Shown: positions 1-13,754 of the stretch, one piece after another
How the letters are laid out: each line of letters begins with the position of its first letter
Position numbering within the stretch: the first letter of the stretch is position 1
NCBI GenBank assembly: GCA_951406725.2
Contig: OX597818.1
Coordinates: 112,034,001 to 112,098,000 of the forward strand
Source: Octopus vulgaris
Lineage: Eukaryota
DNA length: 64,000 bases
Direction: 5' to 3'
The notes under the pieces: model-generated
The model's input: only the letters and a program-made list of their open reading frames with translations
Databases searched by the model: none
Told to the model about the DNA's origin: nothing
Program-made: the position numbers and the translations under genes

Positions 1-115
1 AAAGAGCAGTCACTGTAAATTCAGTATATAATATCCTTATAGAATGTATTTAACTAAAGGTTTATATGTATGTATGTATTATGTATATATATATGTGTAT
101 ATATATATATATATT

Positions 116-157
<42 letters not shown>

Positions 158-1288
158 GTATGTGTAAGCATATAGGTCAGTTGACCTGGAGGCCAATAAA
201 CAAATACATAAAGAAGATATTTAGAAGTACTTACTACAAGATGTGGCAGCGAACTGGAATCTGTTGAGATTATATTTTATGAGTTACAATGGTGAAACCG
301 AATCCAATGCAACAACACTGAATGTATATCCTGTTATTGAATAGGTAGGTACTGTGAATGTAAATGTGAACAGTTCATCGCAAGTATAGTAGTAAGCAGG
401 AGAGTCGTCGCTGAAAACAATGATACGCAAAGTAATAGATTTCTTCGATTTTTAGCGCAATATCAAAAGTCAGTTTAGCTGACTTTGTGTCTGTCTTTAG
501 GAATGCTCAAAAGACCACGTGCGTACAGTCATGTAAGATAATGAAAATTGCAATTATACGATATTCAAACATAAATGGCATGAAGCCACTGCCGAGGACA
601 TACATCATTACATGGTTCAGTCGGAGCTGGATTAGGTAATTGATGGTCAGTTTGTGTTTGCTTGGATACAATATACAATTTAACGAGACGTTGGCTCGTC
701 CGACTGCTTCATCTAAATCTCGTTACCATTAGAAACAATTTATCACAATTTATAGTATTTTTTTTCTTTTCGATATTTTGTATTATGGACAACGTCATAT
801 GAAATGCAATTCCTTTTATTGGCTTAAGAAGTAAACCGTTAGTTAGCATCTCGATATATTAGAAAGTGCAGTGAAAAATTCTTCAAATCAACACACTGTT
901 TCTTACAAATTAGAAGGCAAAACAAAAAAACCTCAAAACAACACGGGATGGTCACAGATAGAACGTCTTTGATCGTAGATTTGATAGGTTGAAACAACGA
1001 GAACAAAACAAAAGCCAACTTTATTTCAATTTTAGCATCCGACAGTCGATAGATCAAGTACCAGTTGCGTATATAAGCGTACATGTGTGTATACATTAGG
1101 ATTATACGTATATTTGTGAGTGGAAGGGTCTATATGATTCTGTGTACTTGTATATATGTATACTTGTATATATGTATAAGTAAGGTTATATGTGCATATA
1201 TGTATCTAAGATGAATCTATTCACCGTGAGACGGTAGTGAGAGGGACAAACGCTCACACACACACACACATATATATGTGTGTGTCTC

Positions 1289-1368
<80 letters not shown>

Positions 1369-1775
1369 CAACCTTCAACAGAGTAACAGACATGTATGCA
1401 ACTTGAAAAGCCACATATCAGTACATAAACATACGTTTACCTGTCTATCTATACACATGTACACACACACACAGACACGATTACAGACTTACCTGAATAC
1501 TCACGTACATACATAAGAACATACGTACATACGTACATACATACATACTTACATACATACATATATGCGTATAGGCATGCACACATGCATGCGCATGTAC
1601 ATATATGCATACGCACATACATGTACACATACATACATATATACATACATACATACATACATAGATACATACTTACATACATATATACACACATACATAC
1701 ATAGACACACACACACATACATACGTACATATATATCATGAACGAACTGTTACTTTCTCAGATGCAGTATGGAAT

Positions 1776-1826
1776 TTTGTCAGTGAAGAGGTCGCAGTCT
1801 CAAAGCGACGAAAATATTTTGACAAA
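1776..1826 (+). ncRNA. Hammerhead-ribozyme-like motif (minimal type I) with a variant core, probably from a Penelope-like terminal repeat
   Basis: TTTGTCA-GTGAAGA-G-GTCGC(AGTCTCAAA)GCGAC-GAAA-ATATTT-TGACAAA: 7-bp stem I, 5-bp stem II, palindromic stem III; core is GTGAAGA rather than CTGANGA. Confidence 0.55.
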
Positions 1827-2349
1827 TTTAATTTAAATGATGAAATGAATCTAACGGTTTTTGTGTGGTTCTTAAACGGCTTATAAACACCTTCCACGCT
1901 GCAATTGTTTATATATATATATATATACATACACACACACACAGGCACACACAAATATGTGCGCATGCGTGTTTGTATGTGTATGTATGTACATATACAT
2001 CTCCGCACATGTTTTTCGAACCTTAAAGGGTCGCACATATCGAGAAACTACGAGTAGTTGTGGAGTATCTTTTGAGGAAGAAAAAAGATCTTCTAAATGC
2101 ATTGGGTACCTATAGATTTCAACCCCACGTGCACACACACACACACTCGCACACCTTCTCACACATGCACACACATTAACATACGCACACACATATGTAT
2201 CTGTCTATTTATTCGCATGTCTGTATATGCCGTATGCTTAAAAAAATATCGAATCTCAAACACAAAAGTATATGGAAATAATCGTGGAAAACATAATGGA
2301 AACACTTGGAAAACAAGATATACTCTCAAGTATTGAAGCAGAAAAACGT

Positions 2350-2352
<3 letters not shown>

Positions 2353-2437
<85 letters not shown>
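2353..2437. repeat. (GA)n microsatellite
   Basis: Direct reading. Confidence 0.97.
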
Positions 2438-2438
<1 letters not shown>

Positions 2439-3109
2439 AAATGAAAGAGAGACGGACAGAGGGTGATGAGAGAGACTTTAATGATAAGATACCGTATATT
2501 TATTTAATGTGTATAATAGGTATTTTCGTTGAAATTATCCGTCAAAGTGTCATCACTAATGTTACATTTCTGAAATATGTTACTACGTGACATGTTTATC
2601 ATTTACTCTACAGAAATGATTTTTATAAGATGTTTTAATGGCTTAATTCATTGAATCACTGTGTGGTTCATATTTATTTTCTTCGCAGTCAACTTTGTGT
2701 CAGAAATCCGATAATTAAAGCGTACTTCGGTGAAATGAGGTGGAATTAATGTTTCATATATGTGTGTTGGAAAGAATCCAGTGCAGTCATGCTATGCAGA
2801 AGTGATAAAGACGAGATTACTTGCTACGTTCACGTTTGGCATTCATTATTCGAGGGGCGCGTATTATACATTTCTATTCACATCTATAATGCTTGCCATG
2901 AATATTAAATTCTTTGTAATATTTGACTTCTAGCTTATTTTATCGACCCTATCGGAAGGATAGCAGGCCAAGCTGATATCCGTGAAATTTGAAATCAAAT
3001 TAAACAGACGTTATTCACGATAGATTCAGTCAATGTAATATCAGATTACCACAGTTTCGACCAGATCATCAGATGCTCTTATACAACACGGGTGACAACG
3101 TGCTTCCAA

Positions 3110-3390
3110 TACTGCCTTGATTTGCCACTCTTTTCCCTCTTGACCCAAATTACTTGAATAAAAGCCTTCCAAGGGTCCGAAATATCTGTTAGATACCACT
3201 CAGTAACTGCAAGGGTCCACCTGTTGTCTGTGAACCTTGTGACATGTCCGGCCTAGCGGAACTTGTGATTCCGGTACTCTACGTTCACATCGTCCACTCC
3301 GCTCCGTTTCAGAATGATCTCATTTGGAATGTACTCTCTTAATGATATTTCAAACATGATTCTTTACATGAACATTTGCGTCGCAGCCTA
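3110..3390 (-). mobile_element. RTE-clade LINE 3' coding remnant
   Basis: Minus strand reads RIMFEISLREYIPNEIILKRSGVDDV...FR*AGHVTRFTDNRWTLAVTEWY, matching the RTE C-terminal W-AGHV-R--D-RW motif; contains stops. Confidence 0.75.
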
Positions 3391-4558
3391 TTGATATTCT
3401 ATACTCTTAATATTACTACCATGTAATGTACCAGTAATATATTGGTATTTCTTCATTGAGCTGTAGTATTCCCCGAAGAAATAAGTTTTTGTGCTGAAGG
3501 AATGAAATCAACTCATTGAAACTAATGGCGCATATCTAGAGTAAGATGTAGTTCGTAAAACGTTAACCTTAAGCGTAATAGATTTGTACTTCGCAGCGGC
3601 TTGTAGATGGTATAACATAGCATATGTTTGTATATTCGGATATATTTATGATAGTAGAATGTCTTTTATCTGTCGAAAGAATAGATAAAGTGAAAAACAA
3701 TCACCAACAGAATGTGAAAACAGAATTAATGCAAAAGACTACGTTCGGCAGTTATTCATTTGACGAACACCGCAATTTGTCACAGAACTGAGACGTAATA
3801 ATTATTGTGTCAAACTTGTTGATCTTCAGGGCATTTCGTGTTTTAAACAAGAAAGATGAGAATACATTTAGAAGATTTAAAAGACTTTTAATATGGAAAA
3901 TATTTACACAGCCTTCTGTTTAACGAACAAAACACTATATTTCCCTAAAAGCATAGCATTCTCTTTAAGAATACTGCTTTCTCCAGCAGAGAAATACTTC
4001 ACCTATTATTGAAGAAAATCGTTAAAAGCACTTTCTTGCGTATTCGACTGATGTATATAACAGTAATGTAATTTTAGCTCGTTTCTTTCATTAAAATAGA
4101 TATGTGCAAACCGATAATTAGTATATCAATTTCATTTTCAATTTTTGATTATTCTTCGCTACTTTAAAATATTTTGGTTCAAAATTAATCTCTTAGAAAT
4201 AGGCTTCGTATTTCTGTCCCAAATGAATTTGAATTGTATTTACTAAAATAGCACAAATTCAAATTTTCCTTTGTTGTCTATTTTTAAGTTTACTGATCAA
4301 TGAAGATTAAAATGTGCTTTTGTAATTATTTCTAAACCAGTCGGATTTGTATTTTATATATAAGAAACGGTAAATCTTGTAAATGATTTACCTAAAGAAA
4401 ATGTATCTGTTTGTATTCCACAATCACACATTCAGAGATTTGTTCGTTTTCTCTATTAACTAAGAGAACATATGAATCCATGAAATTATTACAAATAGAT
4501 AAACATACATACATACATACATATAGACATACATACTTACATACATACATACGTATAT

Positions 4559-4713
4559 GGTGGCCTGTGTGTTAAAAAGCTTGCTTCCTAACAACATGGT
4601 TTCGGGTTCAGTTCCACTGCGTGGCAACTTGGGCAAGTCTCTTCGTGTATAGCCTCAAGCCAACCAAAGCTTTGTGAGTGGATTTAGTAGAGGAAAACTG
4701 AAAGAAGCTTGTC

Positions 4714-4745
<32 letters not shown>

Positions 4746-4872
4746 ATGTATATATGTTTGTATATATGTATCTATGTATGTATCAATTGATAACCGGTGT
4801 TGGTGTGTTTATGTACACGTAACTTAGAAGTTCAGCAAAAGCATCCGACAGAATAAGTACTAGGCTTACAAG
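4559..4872 (+). mobile_element. SINE family 1 (tRNA-derived, CORE-like), diverged and 3' truncated
   Basis: B box GGGTTCAGTTCC, CTTGGGCAAGT core-like motif, internal (TA)/(TG) tract; homologous to 55666..56109. Confidence 0.85.
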
Positions 4873-5640
4873 TGCCCGGGGGCAATTATACAGTGAATTT
4901 TTTAGGGCTTATACATCTAATTGTTTCCTATCCTTCCTTTATACCGGTTCCCATATGCTGCTCATATCTGCACTCGGTCTGCTCAGAAGGTTATTATGTC
5001 CTAGCATATGTGCTGCTTATCTTAGTTTTCGTATTTTCCGGTGTTGTTCTCTGTCTATTATTCTAATTTCATGTCACAGGGGGGGGGGTAGTCTTCATTT
5101 TCCCATACATGATCAGCTATACCCGATTTATCAATATCTCTTCGTGTCACAGCTTTGCGATGTTCTACCCTTATTTTGAGGGGGCGACATGTTTCGCCTT
5201 TGTATAACCTACCACAGCTGCATAGGATGGAGTACAGGCAGATTTTGGTTATTTTCTCTTCTATTGGTGGTTTTGCTCGAAGGAGATATTTGCGAAGTGT
5301 TGTATTACTTTTGAATAGTGTCCTGATGCCATATGGGCCGCATGCATTTTGTATCTTTTCGGAGAGGCCTTTTACAAGGGGTAGACTGACTGTGGACAGT
5401 TTTTGGCCTCGTGCTCTCTCTTCTTCATAATTGGAGTGGATAGTATACTTTTGGGATAGTTGTTGCATAAGAGATCGTTATTGAGCTTGATCGTTTCTTC
5501 GTGGTGTGTATCACGATTGCTACTTATATTCTTTGTACAATGTTCTAGGAACTGAGCAATCCCTCTCTTTACACTGTATGGATGGTAGGAATTGAAGTTT
5601 AGGTATCGTCCTGTAAAGGCCGGTTTGCTTAGCCTTAACG
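4873..5640 (-). mobile_element. Penelope-like element fragment: RT thumb, linker and GIY-YIG endonuclease (degenerate)
   Basis: TGRYLNFNSYHPYSVKRG, LPLVKGLSEKI, LYSILCSCGRLYKGETCRPLKIRVEH, SGIADH, RKL-EAAHML; frameshifted. Confidence 0.88.
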
Positions 5641-5669
5641 CTTGTTGTCTCTTTAACAATAATATACAT

Positions 5670-5719
<50 letters not shown>

Positions 5720-5725
<6 letters not shown>

Positions 5726-6180
5726 ATATAAAACATGGGACAAGAACGCGAAACATCAAGACAGTTAGATGATACACAGAAGAGACAAGAAAAAACAAGG
5801 ACGGGTCATTCGGATTTTTCTTTCCTCAGTCGAGTTCCAGATTATCTTTACAATTTCGACTGCTTATACTCGAGATTACTCCAATCTGGCCAGCCCCAAG
5901 GAAAAACTAAGCTAAGAGCATTAGATTCCTTGGAAGAAAGCAGCGAATGTATACGAAAACAAAACGGAAGAAAACAAAGAAATGTTACACAAATACAAAT
6001 GCAAATAACAGGACGTAACAACGGGTATCTTTTGACTAAGGACGAATTAAATTAAGCTGGTGTGTGTGTAAGAGAACAGGCATGGGGAGGAATTAAGATA
6101 TTGCATGGATGGTAGTCGAACCAAGAAAGAAAGGTCAGGCTTGGCCGAACACCGGTCACGTGGAGAGAGAGGAAAGAGAG
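5720..6180. repeat. Unclassified interspersed repeat; partial inverted homolog at about 58360..58515
   Basis: ATAACAGGACGTAACAACGGGTATCTTTTGAC..AGCTGGTGTG..CGGTCACGTG resembles the reverse complement of 58360..58515. Confidence 0.45.
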
Positions 6181-6511
6181 GTAGAGTCAGAGGGAAAGAA
6201 ATATTAGAGAGGGACGAGAAAAAAAGAAAAGGGACAGAGTGAAGTGAAAAAGGATGGAAGGTGAGAATGAAGAGAAAGACAAGAAATGTGAAAGAGGGAG
6301 AACGAAAGAAAGAAGAGTGGAAAGAAGGAAGTAAGTGTGAAGGGGCTGATAGAAAAAAAGAAAAAAATGAAAGAATAAGAGAGTGTATAAAATTTAGGTA
6401 TATACATATGTACTTACATATAAGAGACCAAAGTGTACGTCCGCCGCCATATACACATAAGCATAAATAAATAAATAATGTAAAACGCAATGGAAGCATT
6501 GTTATATTAAA

Positions 6512-7024
6512 CTAGCAGTATCGCCCGGCGTTGCTCGGGTTTGTAAGGGAAATAACTATATAAGCATTTTTAGAGAGTTACTTCCCTTATAGATGCCAAT
6601 TCGGGCTTTCTTAGCCATTTCTGTTTTGGTGTCTTCAAGCCATGAAGGCGTTGTTCTAAAAGAACGCTGGTCTCCTTGACAACGCTTTACGACGTTGATT
6701 TCCTTACACTCCCTTCCCCACAGCTTCACGAGGGAGGGAATAAGGGGGAGAAGCAAACAGGTGCAGGTGTGACCATGGACACCAACTCCGCCGCCATCAA
6801 CACACGAAAAATTATGCATTAAAATGGAATAAAAAATTATGTTAAATTATTTTTAACATCGTAGACTCATCGTAGACGCGCGCTAATACTCAGACGGGCT
6901 CGATATGAATCACGACTATAAGATACCCGAATTTGGTTAAACTGCACCGCAAAATGTGGGAGTAGTTAGGAATCTAAATCGAAGGGGACAGACACTCACA
7001 CAACTACAGTTTTATATATATAGA
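6512..7024 (-). mobile_element. Non-autonomous Helitron
   Basis: On minus strand begins A|TC (TCTATATATATAAAA), ends with GC-rich hairpin CCCGAGC-AAC-GCCGGG then CTAG|T; inserted in an AT dinucleotide, no TSD. Confidence 0.85.
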
Positions 7025-7549
7025 TTAGTGTTGTATATATCATATGCAACACATATATAGTATCGAAAACGGTGAAACTGCGATATTAATGCCAAGAAAG
7101 CATAAAAAGGTTAATATTGTTCAAAATACGGAAATAGATCAGTAGTCGACGAAAAGTGTTTGTCAGCACCGGTAGATTTGCTAAATACGTATTAGGCTTC
7201 TTTCAGCGTCATCAGATTCAGACAGCCAATAACAACACGTGCCATGGCAAATTTAGCCAATACTGATAAAAAAATCAACATAAAACAAAAACAACAAAAA
7301 ATAGTCATTAATATACTACTGGTGTCGCAATTAACCAGTAGAAATAACTATTTTGCCATAACGTATTTTCAACCTATATCCCCGACATTTTTTTTATTTT
7401 TCATTTTGTTTCTGATTTCCGTTTTTGATCAGAATCTGTTTCCCAGATTTTCATATGGATCAGAAATGTTTGAATTGCTGTGTATTATTTCTTCATCTAG
7501 GTGGGGGGAGGGGGATAAATCAGAAAAAATGTGTTCAACCGATTTGTAC

Positions 7550-8460
7550 CAATTTATTCACGCTCGTAAAACAGCACACCTTTGACATAAATGCTAAGCG
7601 AGTGATCTGCAGGTGATGGTTGATACATCATAACTGTCATCGTTGTACATATTATTGACCTAAACTCATCACATGCCATAGCGAGGCTGTCAATCAGCAT
7701 CTTCCAGCCGATATCAGAGTAAGTCAGTGAATCACTGTCATCTGCATGTAACAAACATTATAGCAATGAGATTCTGGTTTGGCAAGAGACCGACTGATAT
7801 AAAAATTTTCCTTTTCTTCAATATGTTACACAAAGGCCAGAATATATTTTGAAGAGAATTTCTTTGAGTACGACACTGAAGAAATTAGAGTCGAAAGGAA
7901 TATTTCATTCTGTTTTACACCGCTCCCAACAGAGGTCAACTCCAACTGTTCACCGTTGAAGAAAGTATCTGCTTTTATGCTGTAATGTAACGATCCTGTG
8001 ATAACCACAAACCCTTCTAGGCAACTAAGCTCCGTGAGTATCCCCTGTTAAGCATGTCGAAAGTTTTATGAGATCCATAAAACACTGACACAGAGGCTTT
8101 GGGATCCGAGGGGCTGTAGAATCCGAGAAGCTATATATATCCTTGCTATAGTTCTACAATTAGGGCGCCATTCAGACAGGACTGACGGAGCCACGGAGAC
8201 GAGCAAACGATTAAGAAAACACTACGGATGCATTTACCAACAAAGGATTTCAAAAAACATTCCGTCGCAGTTACCATATAGTATCTTTGACTCTTTGTAG
8301 AGGAAACGAAGAATGCCATCGACCAGATTTGTGAGGTTGTACGTTGTACCTACCAGCCATATTTCCTGGAATACGGTAAACAGGGAATCTGAAGCTCCTT
8401 TACCAATGACCCTTATCAATTCAGGCTGAATATCATCTTTTCCTACTGCTTCTTTTATCT
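7550..8460 (-). mobile_element. RTE/BovB-like LINE reverse transcriptase relic
   Basis: GKDDIQPELIRVIG, GVKQNEIFLSTL, LHADDSDSLTYSD...LAMACDEF...TVMMYQP resemble RTE RT motifs (GVKQGCVLAPTL, LFADDCAL); heavily disrupted. Confidence 0.7.
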
Positions 8461-8770
8461 TTGTATTTCACAGGTATCTCTCATCGGACTACGACCATAC
8501 TGGGGCACCGCCTTCAAGAATTTTAAGCCTTGTACATTCTGCCTGTCTCTTATCCTGGACTACTAAGTTTCGAGGACATAAGTACACCAAATCCGCCTGT
8601 TAAGCGGTGGTGGGAGACAAACCCAGCCATAAAGACGTGTGCGTGCGTGCACACGTCTTTATGGCTCGGGCATCCGTAGTGTTTACAAACATTTGCTTAA
8701 GGTATCACGTTGTAGGACTGAACACGGAACCATGTGGTTTGGAAACAAACTTCTTACCAGCCAATCACGC
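8460..8770 (-). mobile_element. SINE family 1, diverged copy
   Basis: GACCATACTGGGGCACCGCC and GGACTGAACACGGAACCATGTGGTT match family 1 reverse complement. Confidence 0.7.
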
Positions 8771-9064
8771 TTTTGTATTGATGCTTAAAGAACAAATATG
8801 TTCACAAGACAATGAGATTAATGTCACTGGTTTCTTCCAGTATTAGTTATTTACATGGAAGAATATAGATTTTCTACTGGAGATGACGTCAAGACTAACA
8901 GAATATGCGTGATAACTGATACAGAATGTCATAAATATGCGTTGTGGATCTGAAATGATGATCTGTAAATTAGTTGTTATTATTCACAATCGACCATGTT
9001 TTAATGTATCAAGCGGTGAGACATTTGACTAATATTTTTGGCATTCAACAGATAAACAGAAATA

Positions 9065-9290
9065 TCTTTTGTCTTTTACTTATTTCAGTTAATGGACAGC
9101 GGCCATGGTGGGGCACCGCCTTAAAGGCTTTACTCGAATAAAGGGACCACCATAGATATTTTTTTTTGGAAGTCTGTCACTTAACCGGCCTTTTACGCCG
9201 AACGCCTAATTTACAGGTACATAAACAAGCCAATACCGCCAGTGAGACGATCGTGACAAAGACTAAGACAAAATACCGCACACACACACA
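9065..9290 (-). mobile_element. SINE family 1, 3' half, diverged
   Basis: CTTTTACTTATTTCAG..GCGGCCATGGTGGGGCACCGCC. Confidence 0.7.
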
Positions 9291-9787
9291 CACGCACACA
9301 CATACCTGTGCATATATATATACATGTACATACATATATATATATATGAAATATATCTGAACAACGAGAAGTCGCTTAATATTATTGAGAGAAAGTCATT
9401 AAATGGAGATTTAGTTGAGAGAGGGTTTTGCGTGCCAGAAACGATGTATTTGCGTGCCATGTGTAGCACACGTGCTAGGGGTTGCTCACCCTTGTGTTAG
9501 ATCATCTAACCGCAGACATACTACATTGTATTGTAACTGGAATGTCTTTGACTATAGACACAGATCGATAAGTACCATTTTTAGAAAAAGTAAGGAAAGA
9601 AAATGAGCAGATATGACAATGCTCTGAAAGGAAAATATATTTAAAAATGATAAGGATAAAAGAACACATTATTATTTATGAATTCATGTATTTACAAAAC
9701 AAATTATAAGGAAACAAATATATTACATTTAAGAAGTATGCATTCAAAATATGGAGGAAAATTGGTATGTATGTATATAGGCATGTG

Positions 9788-9881
<94 letters not shown>

Positions 9882-10274
9882 TGTTAGTGTTTGTGTGTGT
9901 ACTCGTCGGATATGTTAGCTGAGAAACACAACTACAATATACGTAATGGGAATGAATAGACGACTAACCTGTTGGTTGTTATCGTTGCAGCCTATTCAGT
10001 GATGTAATATTCCGACCGGTGAGACATTTGACTCTAAACATGGTTGGCAATGAATACGAATAAGAAACGTGATGAGTAAATATAATATCAATTCACCAGA
10101 AATATTGCAAACGTCAGTATGTTAATATCATTTGGATGGCTTACTTTGTATAAAGTCATATATATGTATATATATATACCTGTGTGTGAGTGAGTATATA
10201 TATATATATATATTGTTGAATTTTAACTGGTGTAGCCGCATCTATCTATCAATTAATCACACACACACACACAT

Positions 10275-10335
<61 letters not shown>

Positions 10336-10361
10336 TATATAAATGTATAATTTATACATAC

Positions 10362-10393
<32 letters not shown>

Positions 10394-10395
10394 AT

Positions 10396-10442
<47 letters not shown>

Positions 10443-10466
10443 CATATACATATATACACACATATA

Positions 10467-10829
10467 CTCTCTCTTTTACTCTTTTACTTGTTTCATTCAT
10501 TTGACTGCGGCCATGCTGGAGCACCGCCAGTACTTATTCTATCGGTCTCTTTTGCCGAACAGCTAAGTGACGGGGACGTAAACACACCAGCATCGGTTGT
10601 CAAGCAATGCTAGGGGAACAAACACAGACACAAACACATACACACACATATATATATACATATATACGACGGGCTTCTTTCAGTTTCCGTCTACCAAATC
10701 CACTCACAAGTCATTGGTCGGCCCGAGGCTATAGCAGAAGACACTTGCCCAAGATGCCACGCAGTGGGACTGAACCCGGAACCATGTGGTTGATTAGCAA
10801 GCTACTTACCACACAGCCACTCCTGCGCC
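10467..10829 (-). mobile_element. SINE family 1, young copy with an internal deletion
   Basis: Near-identical to 55666..56109; lacks the segment between GCACCGCC and AGTACTTATTC. Confidence 0.93.
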
Positions 10830-11391
10830 TTTATATATCTATATATTTTATAAATGTATATATACTTATCCACTCATATACTTATATATATACATATACA
10901 TATACCTATGTACACACACACACATATATATAAATACATACATATGACTATGTTTGCGTCCATGCATATATCTGTACACAATTTCCAAAGGTTTTGACAT
11001 CAAGTGTTGCAAATAAACATGGACACCATAGAGAGAGACATCGACAGTAACAGCTGAAGGAGAACACGAGTGATATGCTTCTTTCCAGGGAAAGATTAAT
11101 CACTTCGCTGATAGCACACTGAAAGGGGAGACATCCCGGTCATAGCTGAATCGATTCGCTAACAGGACGTAGTAATAATAAGTCATGTATATATATATAT
11201 ATATATATATATATTATGCATGATTTCTGCAATACAGAGCGAGAGATTGCAGTAATTTACAAATTTACAGCAGGAATTTCCACGTATACACACACACACA
11301 CGCGCGCGCGCGCGAGCGCACACAAGCAGCCACGCACGGATACACAAAAACATACACATATACGAATATATATATATGTACATATAAGTAT

Positions 11392-11431
<40 letters not shown>

Positions 11432-11438
11432 ATACATT

Positions 11439-11476
<38 letters not shown>

Positions 11477-11606
11477 CACACACACGAACACACACAAACA
11501 TACACACATACGAATGTATATATGTACATATGTGTATGTCTATCTATCTATATATATATAAATATAAGTATACATATATACACATATATGCACACGCACG
11601 CACACA

Positions 11607-11650
<44 letters not shown>

Positions 11651-11899
11651 TATATTTGTTATTAGCATTGGAAGCAATATTTCTTCAGACTAGGTTTATA
11701 CAGCATGATAATTTATCTTGGCCGTATAGGTAGGACAATCAACGACCGAGTCATGCCTAAAGTTTCGCAGATGGAACCTAATTTTGGGTATGAAAAATGA
11801 GAAAGGGTCTTCAGTAATGTTCAAGATTTTGTTGAATTTACTATAGTCAAGCGTTCTGTAGCATTGAGATTACATTTGTGACCTCGTCCGTTATATTGG

Positions 11900-13090
11900 C
11901 AGGCCTTGTTTGAGGCTATTTTAGAAAATATGTTCTGGATGTTCTTTACCTTAATTCTGACCGAAGTGCGGCGTGTAGCATACTTGTAGACACTGCCAGT
12001 CGTTCCGAAGGTTAAACGCCACCGAGTTGCATTGGGAAGGCAAATATAGCTAACTATGACGTTATTTATTTTGAAGGTCTTGTGGTATTCATATGATTAT
12101 GGAAAGTGGGTGTTATAAATTTCAGGAATTGTCAAGCTATGTTTGAAGTCACGTGCAAAATATTTACAAAGATGAATTTAAAAATCATAATTAGTACTAA
12201 CCATAAAAAAGTCAATTTACTAGATATTAATATGCGCAGGCAAATACAAACCTGTTCACCATGAAGACAATTAGTTGAAAGCATTAAAATGAATGTTTCT
12301 CATCTATTCTCTGATGAAGTAATCTTCAAAATCCACAACCTCATATTATAAAAACGTATTACCCAGATCCAACATTAAGATCAATGTAAAATATACTGAG
12401 CCCAACGTAGTCACAAAAAGCCGCAGATATAGGATTATCCTGTGGTATACTTCTCGATATAGATTTATTGTTATTGTTATTTATTGATATAGTTATATTG
12501 TTCCTGAAGCTTATAGTCAGCCACATTTCACGTTCAAATAAACACCACGATATCTTTAAAAAAATACCATTATAATAGCTTTCGTTGCTTCTTCATTATA
12601 AGAGCTGTGATCTGTAGCTATGAGAAAAATAGTACGAGAAACTCCCCATATTGCTCATGTAAGTGTAGATTTTCCGATAACTGTCACCGAATAAAGAGCT
12701 GAACAGAAAAATACTCGGAAAAAGAGCTGGCTTAGAAAATCCCCCTCACACACATAGACAGTACAATGAAAGTTTACATCAGAATGACTGGAAATCCTGT
12801 CAAGGAAAGATGCATGCAGTGCTTAGCATCGTCAGAGACAAAAATAAAGCTACGGAGCCGACTGGCATGGATCCTAAATAAACTCGAATAAAATAGGCAA
12901 ATATCCAAAATAAACTCGAATATCGTAGCCAAGACCAGCTAAAATTATGGATGAGGCCGTAGATGAAATCCCGGCATTACTAAGAATCAAAATATCATGA
13001 AATCAACAGCTAACCACTTGAACATTAAAGAGTATTCTTTCTCACATGCTTGCACGAAGATGAGTTCAATCTGCAACTGATAGAGTCATG
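11900..13090 (+). mobile_element. Highly degenerate Penelope-like RT/GIY-YIG relic (second lineage)
   Basis: Scattered motifs in the expected order: LKIIISTNHKKVNLLDI, IILWY, CKCRFSDNC, VYIRMTGNPVKER, TCLHEDEFNL. Confidence 0.5.
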
Positions 13091-13130
13091 ATAAATTGGG
13101 AGAGATATAAGTTTCATATACATAGGGAGC

Positions 13131-13131
13131 A

Positions 13132-13210
<79 letters not shown>

Positions 13211-13274
13211 ACTACTACTACTACTACTACTACTAATAATGATGATGATGATGATTATAATAATAATAATAATG

Positions 13275-13306
<32 letters not shown>

Positions 13307-13308
13307 TA
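13131..13308. repeat. Compound (CTA)n(CTG)n(GAT)n(TAA)n microsatellite
   Basis: Direct reading. Confidence 0.95.
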
Positions 13309-13582
13309 ATTGACAAAGAAAGCAACGATGCTGGATCATAGATATAGCATAGGTATAGCATGCCCAGCTGACAACAAGGTATGCGATAAGGGAGAAAGAA
13401 AAGTCGATAGATATAACAGGTTAGCTTGGGAGTTTAAGCAGTTGTGGTCGATGAAAAAGGTAGTAGCAGTACCAATAATTGTCGGAGTTCTGGGAATTAT
13501 GAGTAAAAATCTTTAGAAGCACTCTTCTTCTTCTTCTTCTTCTTCTTCTTCTTCTTCTTCTTCTTCTTCTTCTTCTTCTTCT

Positions 13583-13615
<33 letters not shown>

Positions 13616-13635
13616 CTTCTTCTTAGTCTTCTTCT

Positions 13636-13689
<54 letters not shown>

Positions 13690-13713
13690 TCTTCTTCTTC
13701 CTCTTCTTCTTCT

Positions 13714-13754
<41 letters not shown>

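Noticed and set aside
70-2590. Numerous ORFs rich in YI, CV, HT or ER dipeptides (also at 9-11 kb, 14.5 kb, 24 kb, 48.6 kb)
   Set aside because: Translations of dinucleotide and tetranucleotide microsatellites; no coding signal
5795-5835. Minus-strand CTGAGGA...GAA hammerhead candidate
   Set aside because: Stem II does not pair and the GAAA-NUH geometry is missing
8960-10080. Short shared motif CGGTGAGACATTTGACT at about 9013 and 10016
   Set aside because: Similarity too short and diverged to define a repeat or function
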